Assembly (NCBI RefSeq): GCF_018350175.1
Contig: NC_058383.1
Location: forward strand, 13,766,001-13,830,000
Length of the DNA stretch: 64,000 nt
Source: Felis catus
Lineage: Eukaryota
Direction of reading: 5' to 3'
Both the position numbers and the translations under genes were made by a program. A model generated the notes under the pieces. It was given only the letters and a program-made list of their open reading frames with translations, had not been told where the DNA came from and did no database searches. This document shows, piece by piece, positions 1 through 12,612 of this stretch (position 1 is its first letter; every line of letters begins with the position of its first letter).

Positions 1-18
1 AAGATGAGGATCTTCATG

Positions 19-225
19 GCTGCTGTGTCCAGTACAGTAGCCACCAGCAGTGTGTGGCTTTTTAAACTCACAATTAAATTGCTAACAGTAAATAAAACCT
101 AAACGTCACTGCCTCAGTGACACACGTTTCAAGAACTTGATAACCACACGCGGCTAACGTATTGGACAACACAGGTAGAGAATATTGTCATCACCAGAGA
201 ATTCTTTCGGACAGTGGTGGGCTAG
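19..225. mobile_element. hAT-Charlie DNA transposon fossil (MER3/MER33-like)
   Basis: gctgtgtccagtacagtagccaccagc...gtggct...gtattggacaacacagg...gaattctttcggacagtg resembles the MER3/MER33 internally palindromic consensus. Confidence 0.7.
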
Positions 226-2404
226 AGTCTCAACACATCACTTGTGCAGGGGGTCAGTGGATCCAGAGCCACTCCTCGAGGGACATCTTGGCTTTCCTGA
301 CGGTTCTCCAGTGACTCAACACCACGTGGAGAAGGATGACCTTCAACCCAGCAAGGTCTCCCAGCCTTGCCTCTGATCCCAAAGTCAGCCATCCTGGGTG
401 TCCAAACTGAGGGTCAGCCTTTGAGCACCTTCAGGGGTGTCGGGGGCTCACGGTGGCTTCTGGTAGCACTGCGGTCAGCTCTTCCCAGAAATCAGGGGAG
501 AAGGGGGACTGTTCACTGAAGGTCGACAGAAGGACACGCTCCCTACCCCCAAGTAATGCCCGCTCTCTCCTTTCTTCAAGTTAGATCACCAGGAAACCAC
601 ATACTTGAAGGACATTAGCTTATCTCCCTCAGTCGCGTTGTCTTTAATCGCCCATACTTTTCATGTTTCTACCTTGCGTTTCTTGATAATTGAAAAAACT
701 AACACGAAGATAACTCGCATGTACTGCAAAAACCATTCATTACGGAGGATGTGGACCATTTGTGCAGAGCACTGCATAGTCCTTGGCGTGTTACGTGTCT
801 CTCAGCAAGAACTGTGAGGCTTTCTTCCACTGGAGAATGCAAATCATGTGCCCGTTCTTCCTCTTTTGCCCCATCTTCTGGAAACGCCAGAGTTAAATTC
901 ACTGCTCGGTCACATTGACTTCATTAGCCCCCGTGGTTATATTTCTTGCTTTCGCTTCCTTAATCAGATGTTTGATTTTCTATTTCAACTTTGATAACTT
1001 TATTGTGTGTATCTGTTTATGTTATTTTAATTCTCCTTAAATTCTTTTCTGAAAGAGGCGAAGTGTAACAAATGAATACAAACTATTCATTATATCCTCT
1101 TCCCACTCGATATTTCCTGTTTTAAAGTATTCCCTGTGCAAGCCCCAGCCTCTGCCGCTAGCATCCATGAGCGCAGGGCCCACGGACCTCCTGACCATCT
1201 CGTTCTTCTTCCGTATCCTCCCGAGTATCTAGCACACTGCGGAGCACATGCCGGTTTGAGTGATGTGAGGGCAGAGAAACTGCACCATGCGTGGGAAGAC
1301 ATTACAGAATAAACTCAGGGAGAAGGGTCACCTCTCAAATTTAGTCAGATGACAAAAGGCAGCACTGGCCTCCCTGGCATGTAGGGCTAGGAAAGAATTT
1401 GAATAATTATCATCATTATCATCACCACCTTCGTTAAACGCCATCTGCACATGGTACCGTGTAGGCCCCGACAGGTTATTTCCGGGCCGGGGAGAGAGAA
1501 TTTTGTCCAGCAAGGAGGATAAGCCTGAGATCTCCTCTGCTCACCAGCCTCCTTTCAAGAGTGTTTTTGATGGTCCACCTCCAAGATGGCGACCGGGTTT
1601 ACTGTTGGAATTGAGCACGTTAACTCCGTGTTCTTGGGACATAGGTCTCTGTGGTCCTTGACTTACAAGCGTCCTTCACATCCTAGAACCCTGGACTTTT
1701 ACCTTACAGCACTAACCACAGTGGCAGTTGAGGACCTCGATGCATAATGAGTTAGAGTCTCTCTTACAGTATGTCTCTATCTTCTGTGCGCCCGTGTATC
1801 TGGAACTCACCATCATGTGTTGCACAGAATACGTGTATGTTACGTAACTGTTACAACAAATAGAAGAGATGAATGAACGGATATCCAATTTGACTTTAGA
1901 GTTATCTCCTGACTTAACAGCTGTCGGAGTGACTATTTCCTCCATGAATCCAACATTTGGGATTCATAGAGTACTTGAGGTACAGCTCTGCCATAGGGGG
2001 ACGCCATTACACAAAGCACTTATCACCAGCACTCCTATGGCACTTGATGAGCTAGAGGCTTACAAATGTTCTTTAACTATCAGCTTTTATTGTGACCTGA
2101 CCTAAAATATTGTAAGCTCCTTGAGAATAAGGACTAGGTGTTATTTTGTGTATTTCCAGCGAGTGATTTGCATCAAACACTCATGAAGCATTTGTTGACT
2201 GAACCAGTGCGATGGTAGGAAAGTGCCCAATCATTCTGTCCCTCTACACAGACATTTAGCAACAGGTCCTCCTTCATCGTGAGGAAACGATAGAAACAGA
2301 CCGTGTGCCGTCGTGACCGTAGATAGGTTGGTAACGGTGACCGTATCCACATGTGAGTAAAAAATGTTTCAAACGGCAGTTTCGCATTAACATGGGATTG
2401 GGCA

Positions 2405-2580
2405 GGTCATTGTTTTTCAACCCTAGAGTCATCTGGAGAGCTTTTCGAAAGTGCTGATGACTGGATCCCACCGCCTAAAAAAGTCATCTCTGAGTCTAGG
2501 CACCAGGCGATGAAATACATTTTTATAATGCTTTAGATATTTTTAATGCGCAAACGAAGTTGAGGATTACCGACTAGGGT
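2405..2580. mobile_element. MER5A-like hAT-Charlie MITE fossil
   Basis: ttttcaaccct...atctggagagctttt...aagttgaggattaccgac, MER5-type termini. Confidence 0.55.
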
Positions 2581-2799
2581 GTGGATATGAATCCGTACCA
2601 GCCCGTTATCCCATCCCTGCCAACATTCACCCACGGTTTTCTCCGGTTTGGTAACTTCCCTGGTTCCGAGAGAGCAGAGTTGGAGTTTTATGGTGCGGGA
2701 TCGGCTCCAGTTCCTAGCACCTCCGCACCCCATTCCAAGCAGTGTCCAACCTCAGTGTCTGGCCTTAGGGAGATCCCACGTGGCACTGGATAAAAAGGA

Positions 2800-3257
2800 A
2801 TGCTTTGGTCACACGTTTGCTTACTCCTTCGTTAGACATGTATTTAGTATCTACCGTGGACTCAGTGGAGGAAGAGACCATTCATTTCTCCGTTGTGCAA
2901 GCAAGGCTGGGACAAAAGTGATCGGGATGTCATGGGAGCTTTGAAGGAAGGGTACTGACTCCTGCCTGAAGTCACTGGGAACAGCCTTCCTGGAGGAGAT
3001 GATAAGAGAGCTGAGTTCTGACGGTTGCCTAGATGTTTGCCCAGATACAGTTTCCCCCATCCTTTGCCTGGCTGGTGGAAAAGCATGTGCACAGAGGTGG
3101 AGGGTGAGAGAAGGCAGCACCCTGAGCTCACTAGATGTGGTTATTGTGGCTACTGGGGGTTGGGTGGGACATTGTCAAGAGGGAGCCTGAGGACTTAGGA
3201 TGGGGCCAGGTCACAGACAACTTGCTTGTGTTCCAGGTGGGTGTGGACTTACCACGA
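2800..3257 (-). mobile_element. L2 LINE fragment
   Basis: acatgtatttagtatctaccgtg...gggaacagccttcctggaggagatgata...gagctgagttctga typical of antisense L2. Confidence 0.55.
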
Positions 3258-3272
3258 GGTTATTACAGTTTA

Positions 3273-3502
3273 TTTTTTTTTATTTAAAAAAAATTTTTTA
3301 ACGTTTATTTATTTTTGAGACAGAGAGAGACAGAGCATGAACGGGGGAGGGGCAGAGAGAGAGAGGGAGACACAGAATCGGAAGCAGGCTCCAGGCTCCG
3401 AGCCATCAGCCCAGAGCCCGACGCGGGGCTCGAACTCACGGACCGAGATCGTGACCTGAGTCGAAGTCGGACGCTTAACCAACTGAGTCCCCCAGGTGCC
3501 CC
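3273..3502 (-). mobile_element. Felid Can-SINE (SINEC_Fc-like)
   Basis: Full tRNA-derived head, (CT)n, A-tail; perfect 15 bp TSD ggttattacagttta at 3258-3272 and 3503-3517. Confidence 0.95.
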
Positions 3503-4843
3503 GGTTATTACAGTTTAAAGTGCAGGACCCCTCGCTGCCACAGGCCCCTCCTGGGCCCCCGCCGGGACTCTAGCAGTGTCATCACGTGGCCACATGTTGG
3601 GTTTTGTTGGGTGGTGTTCCTTTTTTTTTAATTAGCAAATTTAAATTTAAGGTAAGTTTCACCTTTCAATTTTTTTGTATTATGTAGCTACCCCCCCCCC
3701 CCAGATTCTGTAAGCTTGGAGCCCCACATACCTGGATCTAAAGCTTAACAGCCTTAAAGTTTTCCCCAAATTAGCAGGAGTTCTTGAAGAAATTCTCGAA
3801 CTCCTTGGCAGGAGTTTTAAGTAGGATTATAACGTTATCATCCAAACAGGGACACTCGGAGAGGGAAGGAGTGTGTTATGTAATAGTTTTCCACCCCCAT
3901 CGCCCCCCCCCACCTCCCGCAAAATTCAGTAACCGGAACTTTTCTGGGCAAAAGGAGTACATGAAAACTCATCTAAAATTTTTTTTTGTTACATAAATTA
4001 ACCCATTTATTTGATGGGCTAGCGATGTTTCAAATGGTGGGGCTTCTACTACTGGTCTTTCCATCCCTTCCGTCTCCCGATGGCAGATGTCACTTTGACA
4101 CCGGAAGTGGTGCTGTGGGTCCAGGCACCGCCTGCTCCCATTTTCGTGCGGGAACCACAGTGCCCGATGCCCACGGCACACGTTTTCGGCTCGCTTTCGC
4201 CACAGAAGGAGCGAGTGTACTTGGTGTGCTGGCTTGTTTCCGTTGTCTTCGCCGTTTTCCCGAGGGAGGCACAGAATGGGTTCCACATTTACCAGCGACG
4301 TTGACCTTCTTGGTGCCTTTAGCCAGGTCGCCGCGGAGATAGGTCCCAGCCCAGATGGCTGAAAACCCCCATGGTGGGAGGTCGAGGCTGGAGCAGGGAG
4401 ACCGGCCAGGATGCTGTAACATCCAGATGGGATGAGTGGGGTCTGGACTGAGACCTGGCAGAGAAGGTGGAGAACAGGAGGTGGGGCTTCAGGATGGGAG
4501 CCCGGGTGAAGGAGCGGGAGACGAGTTGGGGTGGACGGGGGTGTCTTCGCTTGACCCAGAGAACGGGTGTTGGGGCGGCAGGTGGAAACTCCATCTGGAT
4601 GCAGGGAAGTGCCTTGTTGCCTTCCCTGGCAAGGGATGAGTTTAACTAAGGGATGAGTTTAGCTAAGTGCCCAGGTCCCAATGGCAGGTTCAAATCTGTC
4701 ATGAGGCAGTCAGGTTTGCTGTGTTGCCAAGGACACCCCCCCGCCTCTGCAGACACCAATGTGACGTGGAAACCCCGTGATGCAGAGTAGAGGTCGGGTG
4801 GCTGGTTGGATGCGAACCAAACCCTAGTTTAAAACACAGCCCT

Positions 4844-5075
4844 GGGGCGCCTGGGTGGCTCACTTGGTTGAGCGTCTGACTTTGCTTTAGGTCATGATCT
4901 TGCGTTCGTGGGTTCAAGCCCCACGTCGGGCTCTGTGCTGACAGCTCAGAGCCTGGAGCCTGCTTTGGATTCTGTGTTTCCCTCTCTCTCTCTCTCTCTG
5001 CCCCTCCCTTGCTTGTGCTCTATCTCTCTCTGTCTCTTAAAAAATAAAATGGTAAAACAAACAAACACAAACAAA
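4844..5075 (+). mobile_element. Can-SINE
   Basis: ggggcgcctgggtggctca head, B-box-like ggttcaagcc, (CT)n, A-rich tail; degenerate TSD. Confidence 0.93.
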
Positions 5076-5314
5076 AACAGCTCTGCTCTGATCCAAGCAG
5101 CATGAGCCTATATGTGGCCTCTCCCCATCCCCTCAGCAGTCTAAGTGGAGACCAGTGCCACCTACATCAGGGTAGCTGGTGGCTGCTGGGGCTCCTAGAG
5201 CCCCAACCACATGAACTGCCCCTGGATTCATTTGAAGTTAATTTTCATCACCAGGAGCTTCTCTGTCTCACCAGCCCTACTGAATTCCGAATCCACTAAA
5301 GCTTCTTTTGTTTG

Positions 5315-5315
5315 G

Positions 5316-5346
<31 letters not shown>
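5315..5346. repeat. (GTT)n microsatellite
   Basis: direct reading. Confidence 0.95.
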
Positions 5347-5689
5347 GAGCTGTAGGTCTGTCTTTTGGACAGAAAATGGTCCTTGTAGCTCCTGAGCTCA
5401 TACTTAAATAAAACGGCTCTCATGTTCTCCTTGATATATTTGCTTATTGGATTTGTTTAATGAAATATGGATTTATACCATAAATATTGGAGTTGGTGTA
5501 GTCCATATTTCAATTAATGGATCATTTATATGTCATGCGAACTTTGTAATTACTGAAATGTAGAAATATAGTGGATTGAAATGAGTTCCTGGTCTTTGCG
5601 TTCCTGCCCCCATCCAACCGTGTCTGAGCAGCTTGGGCCGATGAAAGGGGAAAATTTATATGTGGGGTTTTCCAAGGAAAGGGGCAGGG

Positions 5690-7400
5690 GCTCAGAAAAG
5701 ACAGCTCCCCCCGCTGGTGCTGCCAGAGATCTGTAACCCACCGTGCTCTCCGGGTTCCCCCGAACAGTGGTGTACAACTGTCCACAAAGGAGCAGGAAGC
5801 TGGGCTCCGGCGGGAGCGCCCGGTCGTCAATTTGCTGACAGACCTTCATCATCATTTTCGTCTCGGTTGTAAAGCACAGCCTATTTTCCCCCTTTGCCGG
5901 ATCTCTGTCCGAAAGGGCTCTAAATATACATAAATATAGATTTCTCACCGAGCCCCACTTCCAGGAATCAACTGGAAACCCTCACCAGACCTATGAGACA
6001 GAAAACTAGTAAATTGTGTTCTCCAACCCCCCCGAACCGGGCCTGTCGCTTTAACTGGCTCCTTCCTTCCTCTGGCAGTGGGTACCGCCCGCCCAGAGGA
6101 CAACCTAGTGAACTTGGCCCTCCCTCCCTCCCTCCCCCACCCCGCTTCTGCCTGCCGGTTTGCTGACCAGAAAAATCTGGCTGGAGAGGCCCATGCAGTG
6201 AGTGAACATCACATACATAATTCTATCAGAATATATCCAAGGGTGGGGAATCATTGTTCTCGGAACTAGCTGAGCTGAAGCCCGAGCAGAAATACTAAAG
6301 TCAGTCGTGCCTTTGAGCTGCCTCTAACAGCGCCCTTTGGAGACCCATTTCATACAAAATTTGAAGCCTGTGTTTATTGCCCATTAAAGCAACCTTTATT
6401 TTATGGCAAATGTTGCAGTAATTGCCTTTTACGAAGAGCACTTTGTAACACACATGCACAGTTGAAAGAAAACCACTCTGGTATTGTCTATCGGGACTTA
6501 ATGGCGCAATTAATTTTACTCCATCTGTTCCTGAGACTTTAAAGGAAAATGGATTTTTTTTTTGAGCGCACTTTAATGAAGAAGATAAAGCGGCCCGGCT
6601 GGTGTCCCACAGGCTCGGCGCAGTAAGTTCAGATTATTGCTCAGTCTGTCAGAATGGGCTGCTTCCCTCAGCAGCAGCCACAGCCAGCAACCCGCTCTGG
6701 CCCCTCGCCGCGCCATTCCTGATGACAAACTGCCAGCCAGCTCCCACAAAAGCACGATTAAAATGTCAGCACAGGATGACGAAGGGGCCAAGAGGGTCCT
6801 CGGAGACAAACTGTGTTCAGTATGAGTTAATACTTTACAGCAGGGCTGGGGCCCGGCTTGCTGCTGGCTGCTCCGGCTGCTGGCGCGCCTCAAAAAGAAT
6901 GCAAGGGCGGGGCCTGGCCACCGCGCCTGTCGCCTGTCGCCTGCCTGGGGCCCCGCGGGCACGCTGGGCTGCGTGGGGAGGGTCTTCCCCTGCAGGAGGA
7001 GTCTACCGGGGGACCCAGGGGGCCTCCCGCGGTCTCTCATCCGTGGGAGCAGGGCGGGCCGGGAGGGCGGTCGCGAACCCGGAATGGGGCACGGAGACAG
7101 CCGTGCCGGTAGTGACCCCGGGGCCACCGGTTCGGTCCCAGATGTTCGCGGCACTGGTCCCGGGGCAGTGAGGGCGGCCGTGAGAGGGCCCACGCCGCAG
7201 AAACTCCCTCCTCACAAAGAGGTGGCTGCACAGAGCATAGGGTCGGCCCCACTTTGTCCCGTGTCCGAGCCTTAGGCTGGGCCATGGCAGGGGGGTCAGC
7301 GGCAAATTGTCCTTTGATCAATCCCGCTGCCTGACAACATCTTGTAAACCCCTGCCCCCGTGTTTGCGGACTTGCTGGGGGGCCGGCGTGCTCTGTGTCT
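5690..7400. promoter_or_regulatory. CpG-island-like region with embedded AT-rich motif-dense core (~6340-6600)
   Basis: High GC and CpG density at 5700-5900 and 6590-7400 by eye; repeat-free; GC boxes (gggcgggg) near 6905. Confidence 0.6.
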
Positions 7401-9097
7401 CCGGCTTAATTCTCTCCCAAATCCCCACCCCCCTCAACCCGTGCTTTGGTGGTGCCCTGTCCATGTGGGACAGCCGGGGAGTCAGGCTGTGATGAAAAGG
7501 ACGAGGAGATTTGCATCTCTGGCCTCCTGTGGAGACCCGATCTGCCGGCCTAGTGGGCAGCAGGTGTGAGCGCCTGCCATTGTCCCTAATGGTTATTACC
7601 AGTGATAAGCAGGACAAATGTGAGGTCATCTCCCCCACTGGCAGGTCAGAGGGGGCTGGATTTAGAGCCCCTAGGAGACGGGGAAATTAGATGGTCAGTA
7701 TCCACAGTGGAGGTCGTAACCAACTCCTGCTGCAGTGATACTGGAGAGGGGCAGCGGGGGGCTGGAGGAGCTGCCCGGTCAACGTAATCCAGATGTATGG
7801 TCATCCTTGGAAGCAGTCAAGAGCGTCCATTGTCAGCGCGCTGGCGAGGCGGTCATTAGTGCAGAGCACTAACTAACAGAGGAACAGAAGGCAGGAAGAG
7901 GCCCCGGTGACGGGCAGCCAGGGGATTTGCTTTCCTCTTGGTCCATGACCACAGGCCAGGACTTCACAAAAGAGGAAGGGGGGGAGGCCCTGCTGGTTTC
8001 TAATTAAACCCCTTTGCCTGTGCCCGTGTGCCCTGGGACCCAGTGAGGGTGCACTTCCTGGTTTCCTGAGCCTTCTGTCTTCCCCCGTCTCGTCCCGGGG
8101 CTCCCGTCTTCTGGCCCGTCTGGCTCCCCGTTGAGCCGGCCTTCCCAGCCACTCTCGGGTTCCGACTGCCTCCTGCCCCGTCCCCACGTCTGGCTTGTTC
8201 TCTCCACTCGCATGTCTCCCCCGCCCTCACCCCCTCCGTTCCATCCATCACCCCTCCTCGCTCCTGAGAGTGCTCTCTAAATCCTATTGCCTTTTTATGT
8301 CTCTCTTGGGCTCTTCCTCCTGCCCTCTCCCGGAGCACACTTTTCCTGTGTTTTGAGCATCCCACAGCTCACGCCAGTAATAGCATCATAATGGCCACGA
8401 TTGGCTTTTACGGAGCAAACAGCCTTCTGTGGGCCTCCCAAGGACACACAGCCCCCACCGGTGACCCAAACACACCTCCGTCGAGCAGCCCGGGGGCCCC
8501 CTGCCCCGCGAGCCCTTTCAGGCTGGTCCTTTGAGGTTTCCACCAACCAGGCTACACATTCAGCCCTCTGTGTTCGTATAAAATCTATAAGCCAAGAGCA
8601 GTAAAGAAAGAAAAGTCTGGATACGGAGGATAATGGACGCTCGCGTGGGTGAGGGCTTCAGGAGCAGCATCCCTCCCCGTTGGGGTGCGTGGCAAGAAAA
8701 ATGAAAGTCCAGGGACCTACGTGGGGGGCGGGCAGTGGGACACATCCTGTGTGAATGTGCTGGGAGACCTAACGGAAGAGAGGCGCAGAGCACCTCCGGG
8801 GTGAGGGTCCCGCCAGCCCTCCCGCTGGCCCTGGTAGCATGCCTCTGGAGGACACCGTCTCAGTGTGGCTCACCCACCCGTTCATTCATTCATTCATTCA
8901 TTCATCCCATATCGATGGCACTGCTCTTGATGACCACAGATGCAGGACCTGATCCCCGATTGGGCCATTGGTATAAAATTTTTAAAAGCTTATTTTAAAG
9001 GATATTGGGGGGACACCTGGGGAGATTTTAATGTGGACTGTATATTAGGTGATGGGTCAACTGAAACTTCTTTTATTTTTTTAAAATGTTTATATAT

Positions 9098-9310
9098 GGG
9101 GCGCCCGGGCGGCTCAGTTGGTTGAGCGTCCGACTTCGGCTCAGGTCACGATCTCGAGGTTCACGAGTTCGAGCCCCGCGTCGGGCTCTGTGCTGACAGC
9201 TCAGAGCCTGGAGCCTGCTTCGGAGTCTGTGTCTCCCTCTCTCTCTGCTCCTCCCCTGCTCGTGCTCTGTCTCTCTCTGTCTCAAAAATAAATAAAATGT
9301 TAAAAAAAAT
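9098..9310 (+). mobile_element. Can-SINE inserted in the tail of an antisense Can-SINE
   Basis: Full head and tail; flanks aaaatgtttatatat / aaaaattatatgt. Confidence 0.93.
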
Positions 9311-9505
9311 TATATGTTTATTTATTTATTTTGAGAGAGCACAGATAGGAGAGGGGCAGAGAGAGGGAGAGAGAGAATCTCAAGCAGGCTCCCTGCTGTC
9401 AGCACAGAGCCTGACGCAGGGCTCGATCCCGCAAATCATGAGATCACGACCTGAGCGGATATCAAGAGTCAGATGCTCGACTGACTGAGCCACCCAGGGA
9501 CCCCA
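9311..9505 (-). mobile_element. Older Can-SINE (its tail continues at ~9072-9097)
   Basis: Reverse-complement SINE body; outer TSD tcaactgaaacttct (9057-9071) / tcaattgaaatttct (9506-9520). Confidence 0.9.
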
Positions 9506-9831
9506 TCAATTGAAATTTCTGAGTGATGTTCTTATTCTTAGGAGATACTGTCTTTCCTTAATTTAAATGTGTACCAAAAAGAAATACGTGTTAGATATTT
9601 ACACACACACATATACCTACACACAGAAATAAAGCAGATGAGGCAAAATGTTAATAACTATTGAATCTAGGTCAAGAGTGACGGGTATCAGTATATTCTT
9701 TCTATTTTTCTGTAGGTTTGAAATTTTTCAAAGTTAAATATATGGCAAAAAAACATGTATGGGTGTCTGCTATGTGCCCAGATCGTTCTGGGTATGAGGC
9801 ACGTCATCAGAGACCAAAAGAGGTGGGGGGA

Positions 9832-10053
9832 GGGCACCTTGGGAGGCTCAGTCAGTTAAGCATCTGACTTCAGCTGAGGTCATGGCCTCATGGTTTGTGA
9901 GATCGAGCCCTGCGTCAGGCTCTGTGCTGACAGCTGGGAGCCTGGAGCCTGCTTTAGATTCTGTGTCTCCCTCTCTCTCTCTCTCTCCCTGCCCCTCCCC
10001 CCCCTCCCCCCCGCACACTCTCCCTCAAAATAAATAAATAAACTTAAAATAAA
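9832..10053 (+). mobile_element. Can-SINE
   Basis: gggcacct..gggaggctcagtcagttaagcatctgac head, (CT)n, A-tail. Confidence 0.9.
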
Positions 10054-10639
10054 GACGATGAAGCGACCCTGTCCTCCAGGAGCTCACCTCCGTGGATGGT
10101 GGGAGAGAGACACTGAGCACCATCAGTGAGCAAACTGGACTATGTTAGGAGGGGCGGGTATGGGGTTTGGGGGCCCCTGGAACAGGAAGCATGCTCCTTT
10201 CAACAGGAGGTCAGGGGTAGGCCCCACAGTCCCGCTGAGAAGGGACGGACATGTGAGATAAGGCTAGAGGCGAGGCAGTGCCCTGCAGAGTGCTTCAAGC
10301 CGAGGACAGTTCGCACACCATACCCACGGAGACTGCCTGCCTGCCCGGCCCCCGAGTGGATGCTCAGATGCGGTGAGGAGTGTCCCGTGAATTCTACTCC
10401 ACACACATCCACCTCCCCTCCCTCACTTGCTGTGGGGTGAGCCCGGCCTTGGTAATGACCTCACGTGCTCGAGGGAACCCTCGGGTTTCAGCTGCACGGC
10501 TAGGACCTGTGGTGGCAATTCCGCGATCTGCAGAGTGCAGGCATGTCAGAGCCATCCCCATCGCCGTTGTCACCCAGAGTGTCATCGTGTCCACACACGT
10601 GGTCATTTCTGCCCCAGCCTCAGTGGGGATGACCACAAC

Positions 10640-10860
10640 GAGGGGGAGGAGCACCAGGCTAGGAATCAGACCGCGTGGGTCTGGGCCCAGATCGTTCGCC
10701 ATCCCATCTCATCCAGCCCGGTGACCTTGGTGACCTTAGCCAGCCGCTTGGCTTTCCTGAGGCTCAGCCTTCCTCATCTGCGAAATGGGAGTGAGTGCAC
10801 GTTCATCCCAAAGCGGTTAAGAGGATAATGAAATAAACCTATCAAAAGGCAGGCTGTGAA
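10640..10860 (+). mobile_element. MIR SINE
   Basis: gtgacctt...ctcagccttcctcatctgcgaaatggga MIR core. Confidence 0.65.
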
Positions 10861-11984
10861 TTTCACACCACAGAAATCCTGTTTGCTCTCTAGACATTCC
10901 AGGTCTCTGGGCAGCCTGGCGCTGTGGCTCAGGGTCAGCTGGCTTGGAACCAGCCTCTGAGCGGCAGAGCCCTTGAGTGCGTCGCTGAACCTCATACCTG
11001 TCCCCCCACCACTGTGAAGAGGGAGTTAGGCGTTGGTGACCGTGAACTCCACTCCCCCAGACATGAAGGATGCTCGGGTGTCTGTCAGGCCACGTTCAAG
11101 GTTGGTTTCTGCTGCGTGCTCGCTGGGCCTGCCTGACGGGGCAGCCAGGGTGGGCTGCTTTTATGTCTATGCCCCCAGGACGTGGGCCCTTTCCCATGTG
11201 GCCGTCAGACGTGCCTGTCCTGTGTGTCCCCCTCCCCCCCCCATCTTTGTGACTTCCCTTCTGGGCTGCTGATGAGACCTTCTGAACACTCTAAAGGCAG
11301 AGGGTTTCAGAGAAGCTCATGGAGCTTCTGGAGAGTGTGCTGCCTCTCAGAGGTGGGAGGTTAGTGAGCTCCCGCGAGACCGTGCCCTCCCCCTCGCCTG
11401 TGTCTCAGGCCTCCACCAGCATTTCTTCCCAGGAGCTGAAGGCCTGGGTTCCTAAGCTGGCTGTGCCTTACCAAATGTATGTGACAGAGAGGGACATGCA
11501 GTTGGTCTGACGAGCTCTTGGCTGAGTCATTCTCCTCCCCGGAGGGTCCTGAGCTGGGCTTTGAATGCAGGAAAAGAGTGGAGGGGAGTCCTGTGTGCGC
11601 ACACATCCCTGTGCGCGTGGGGGAGGAGGAAGGGAGGAGGTGATCGCTGGTTGGGGAAGAGGGAGACAAGGAGAGCGTTGTTCAGGTTTTAGGTTCTCTC
11701 AGAGGACTCGTGCTGGAAACAGGGGCTGGCGTAGAGGCCATGACGTAGAGCATCCGGGCACTTTCCAGCCTAGTCTGTCAGTGCCACCCAGGAGGCTGAG
11801 AGGCGCAGTCCACACTGCCTCCATTTATGTGTTTGCAGAGGCTGGTATTTTAGGTGCCCCCAGGCGATGCTGATGCCCTTGGAGAGCCACTGCTCGAAGT
11901 GGGACATTCACGTTGACCGTGCTTAATTCAACTCACATCCACGATGGCAGAGATCATTCTGGCAGCCCTGTCTGGTGGAAGCTG

Positions 11985-12420
11985 TAGGCGTCAGGTCGGG
12001 TGGGTTCAAGCCCTCCTCTTCCATTTACCTCTTGTGGGACCTTGGGAAGGCACTGAACTCCTTTGGGCTCGTTTTCTCATCTATAAAATGGGAATCATCA
12101 CGTGCGCTCTCCATGGTTTTTGTGGGGATGAAGTTAAATTGATGCCCACAGAAGTGCTTTGTTATCCTACAGCATTTCATATATAAGATGGTATCATTTT
12201 CAACTTGCAGAAAGTTCAGGGGGAAAAAATGATAGCTTCTATTTACTGAGCACCTACCATTTTTCAGACCGCAGTAAGAGATCGCAGTGTATTATGTCAG
12301 GTAGCTTCTCTTATTATCCCAGTTTTACTCAAGAGAAAGCTGAGGCTGAGTTTAAATAACTTGGCAGAGCAGGACATGTAACCCAGTTCAGCTTGGTTCC
12401 ATAGTGGCTTTGAAGTTTTC
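11985..12420. mobile_element. Two MIR fragments (+ then -)
   Basis: ttttctcatctataaaatgggaatcat (+); tatttactgagcacctacc...cccagttttactcaagagaaagctgaggct (-). Confidence 0.65.
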
Positions 12421-12454
12421 GTTGGGAGTCCGTGTTCGTAACGATCACGCCTTG

Positions 12455-12612
12455 TGCTGGTTCTCAACCCTGGCTGTACCGTCACCTGCAGAGCTTTCAA
12501 AAACACTGAGCTTCTGAGTCCACTGGCCTGGAGGTGGAGCTTGGCCATTAATATTCCTTTTAAAACGCGCCGGACATGCGTAATACACATATAAGGTTGA
12601 GAATCACGGTGC
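12455..12612. mobile_element. MER5A1-like MITE
   Basis: gtgctggttctcaaccctggctg ... aggttgagaatcacggtgc terminal inverted repeats. Confidence 0.7.

Larger units (their letters stand above)
8970..9750 (+). mobile_element. Old L1M (L1MC/L1ME-like) 3' UTR fragment, interrupted by two SINEs
   Basis: gatattggggg...atgtggactgtatattagg and gcaaaatgttaataactattgaatctagg...ttttctgtaggtttgaaatttttcaaa. Confidence 0.65.

Noticed and set aside
6325..6345. CTCF-like site (cagcgccctttggaga)
   Set aside because: Several mismatches at core positions; not supportable without ChIP
6573..7321. 189 aa and 206 aa ORFs
   Set aside because: Same GC-rich artefact; no homology recognised
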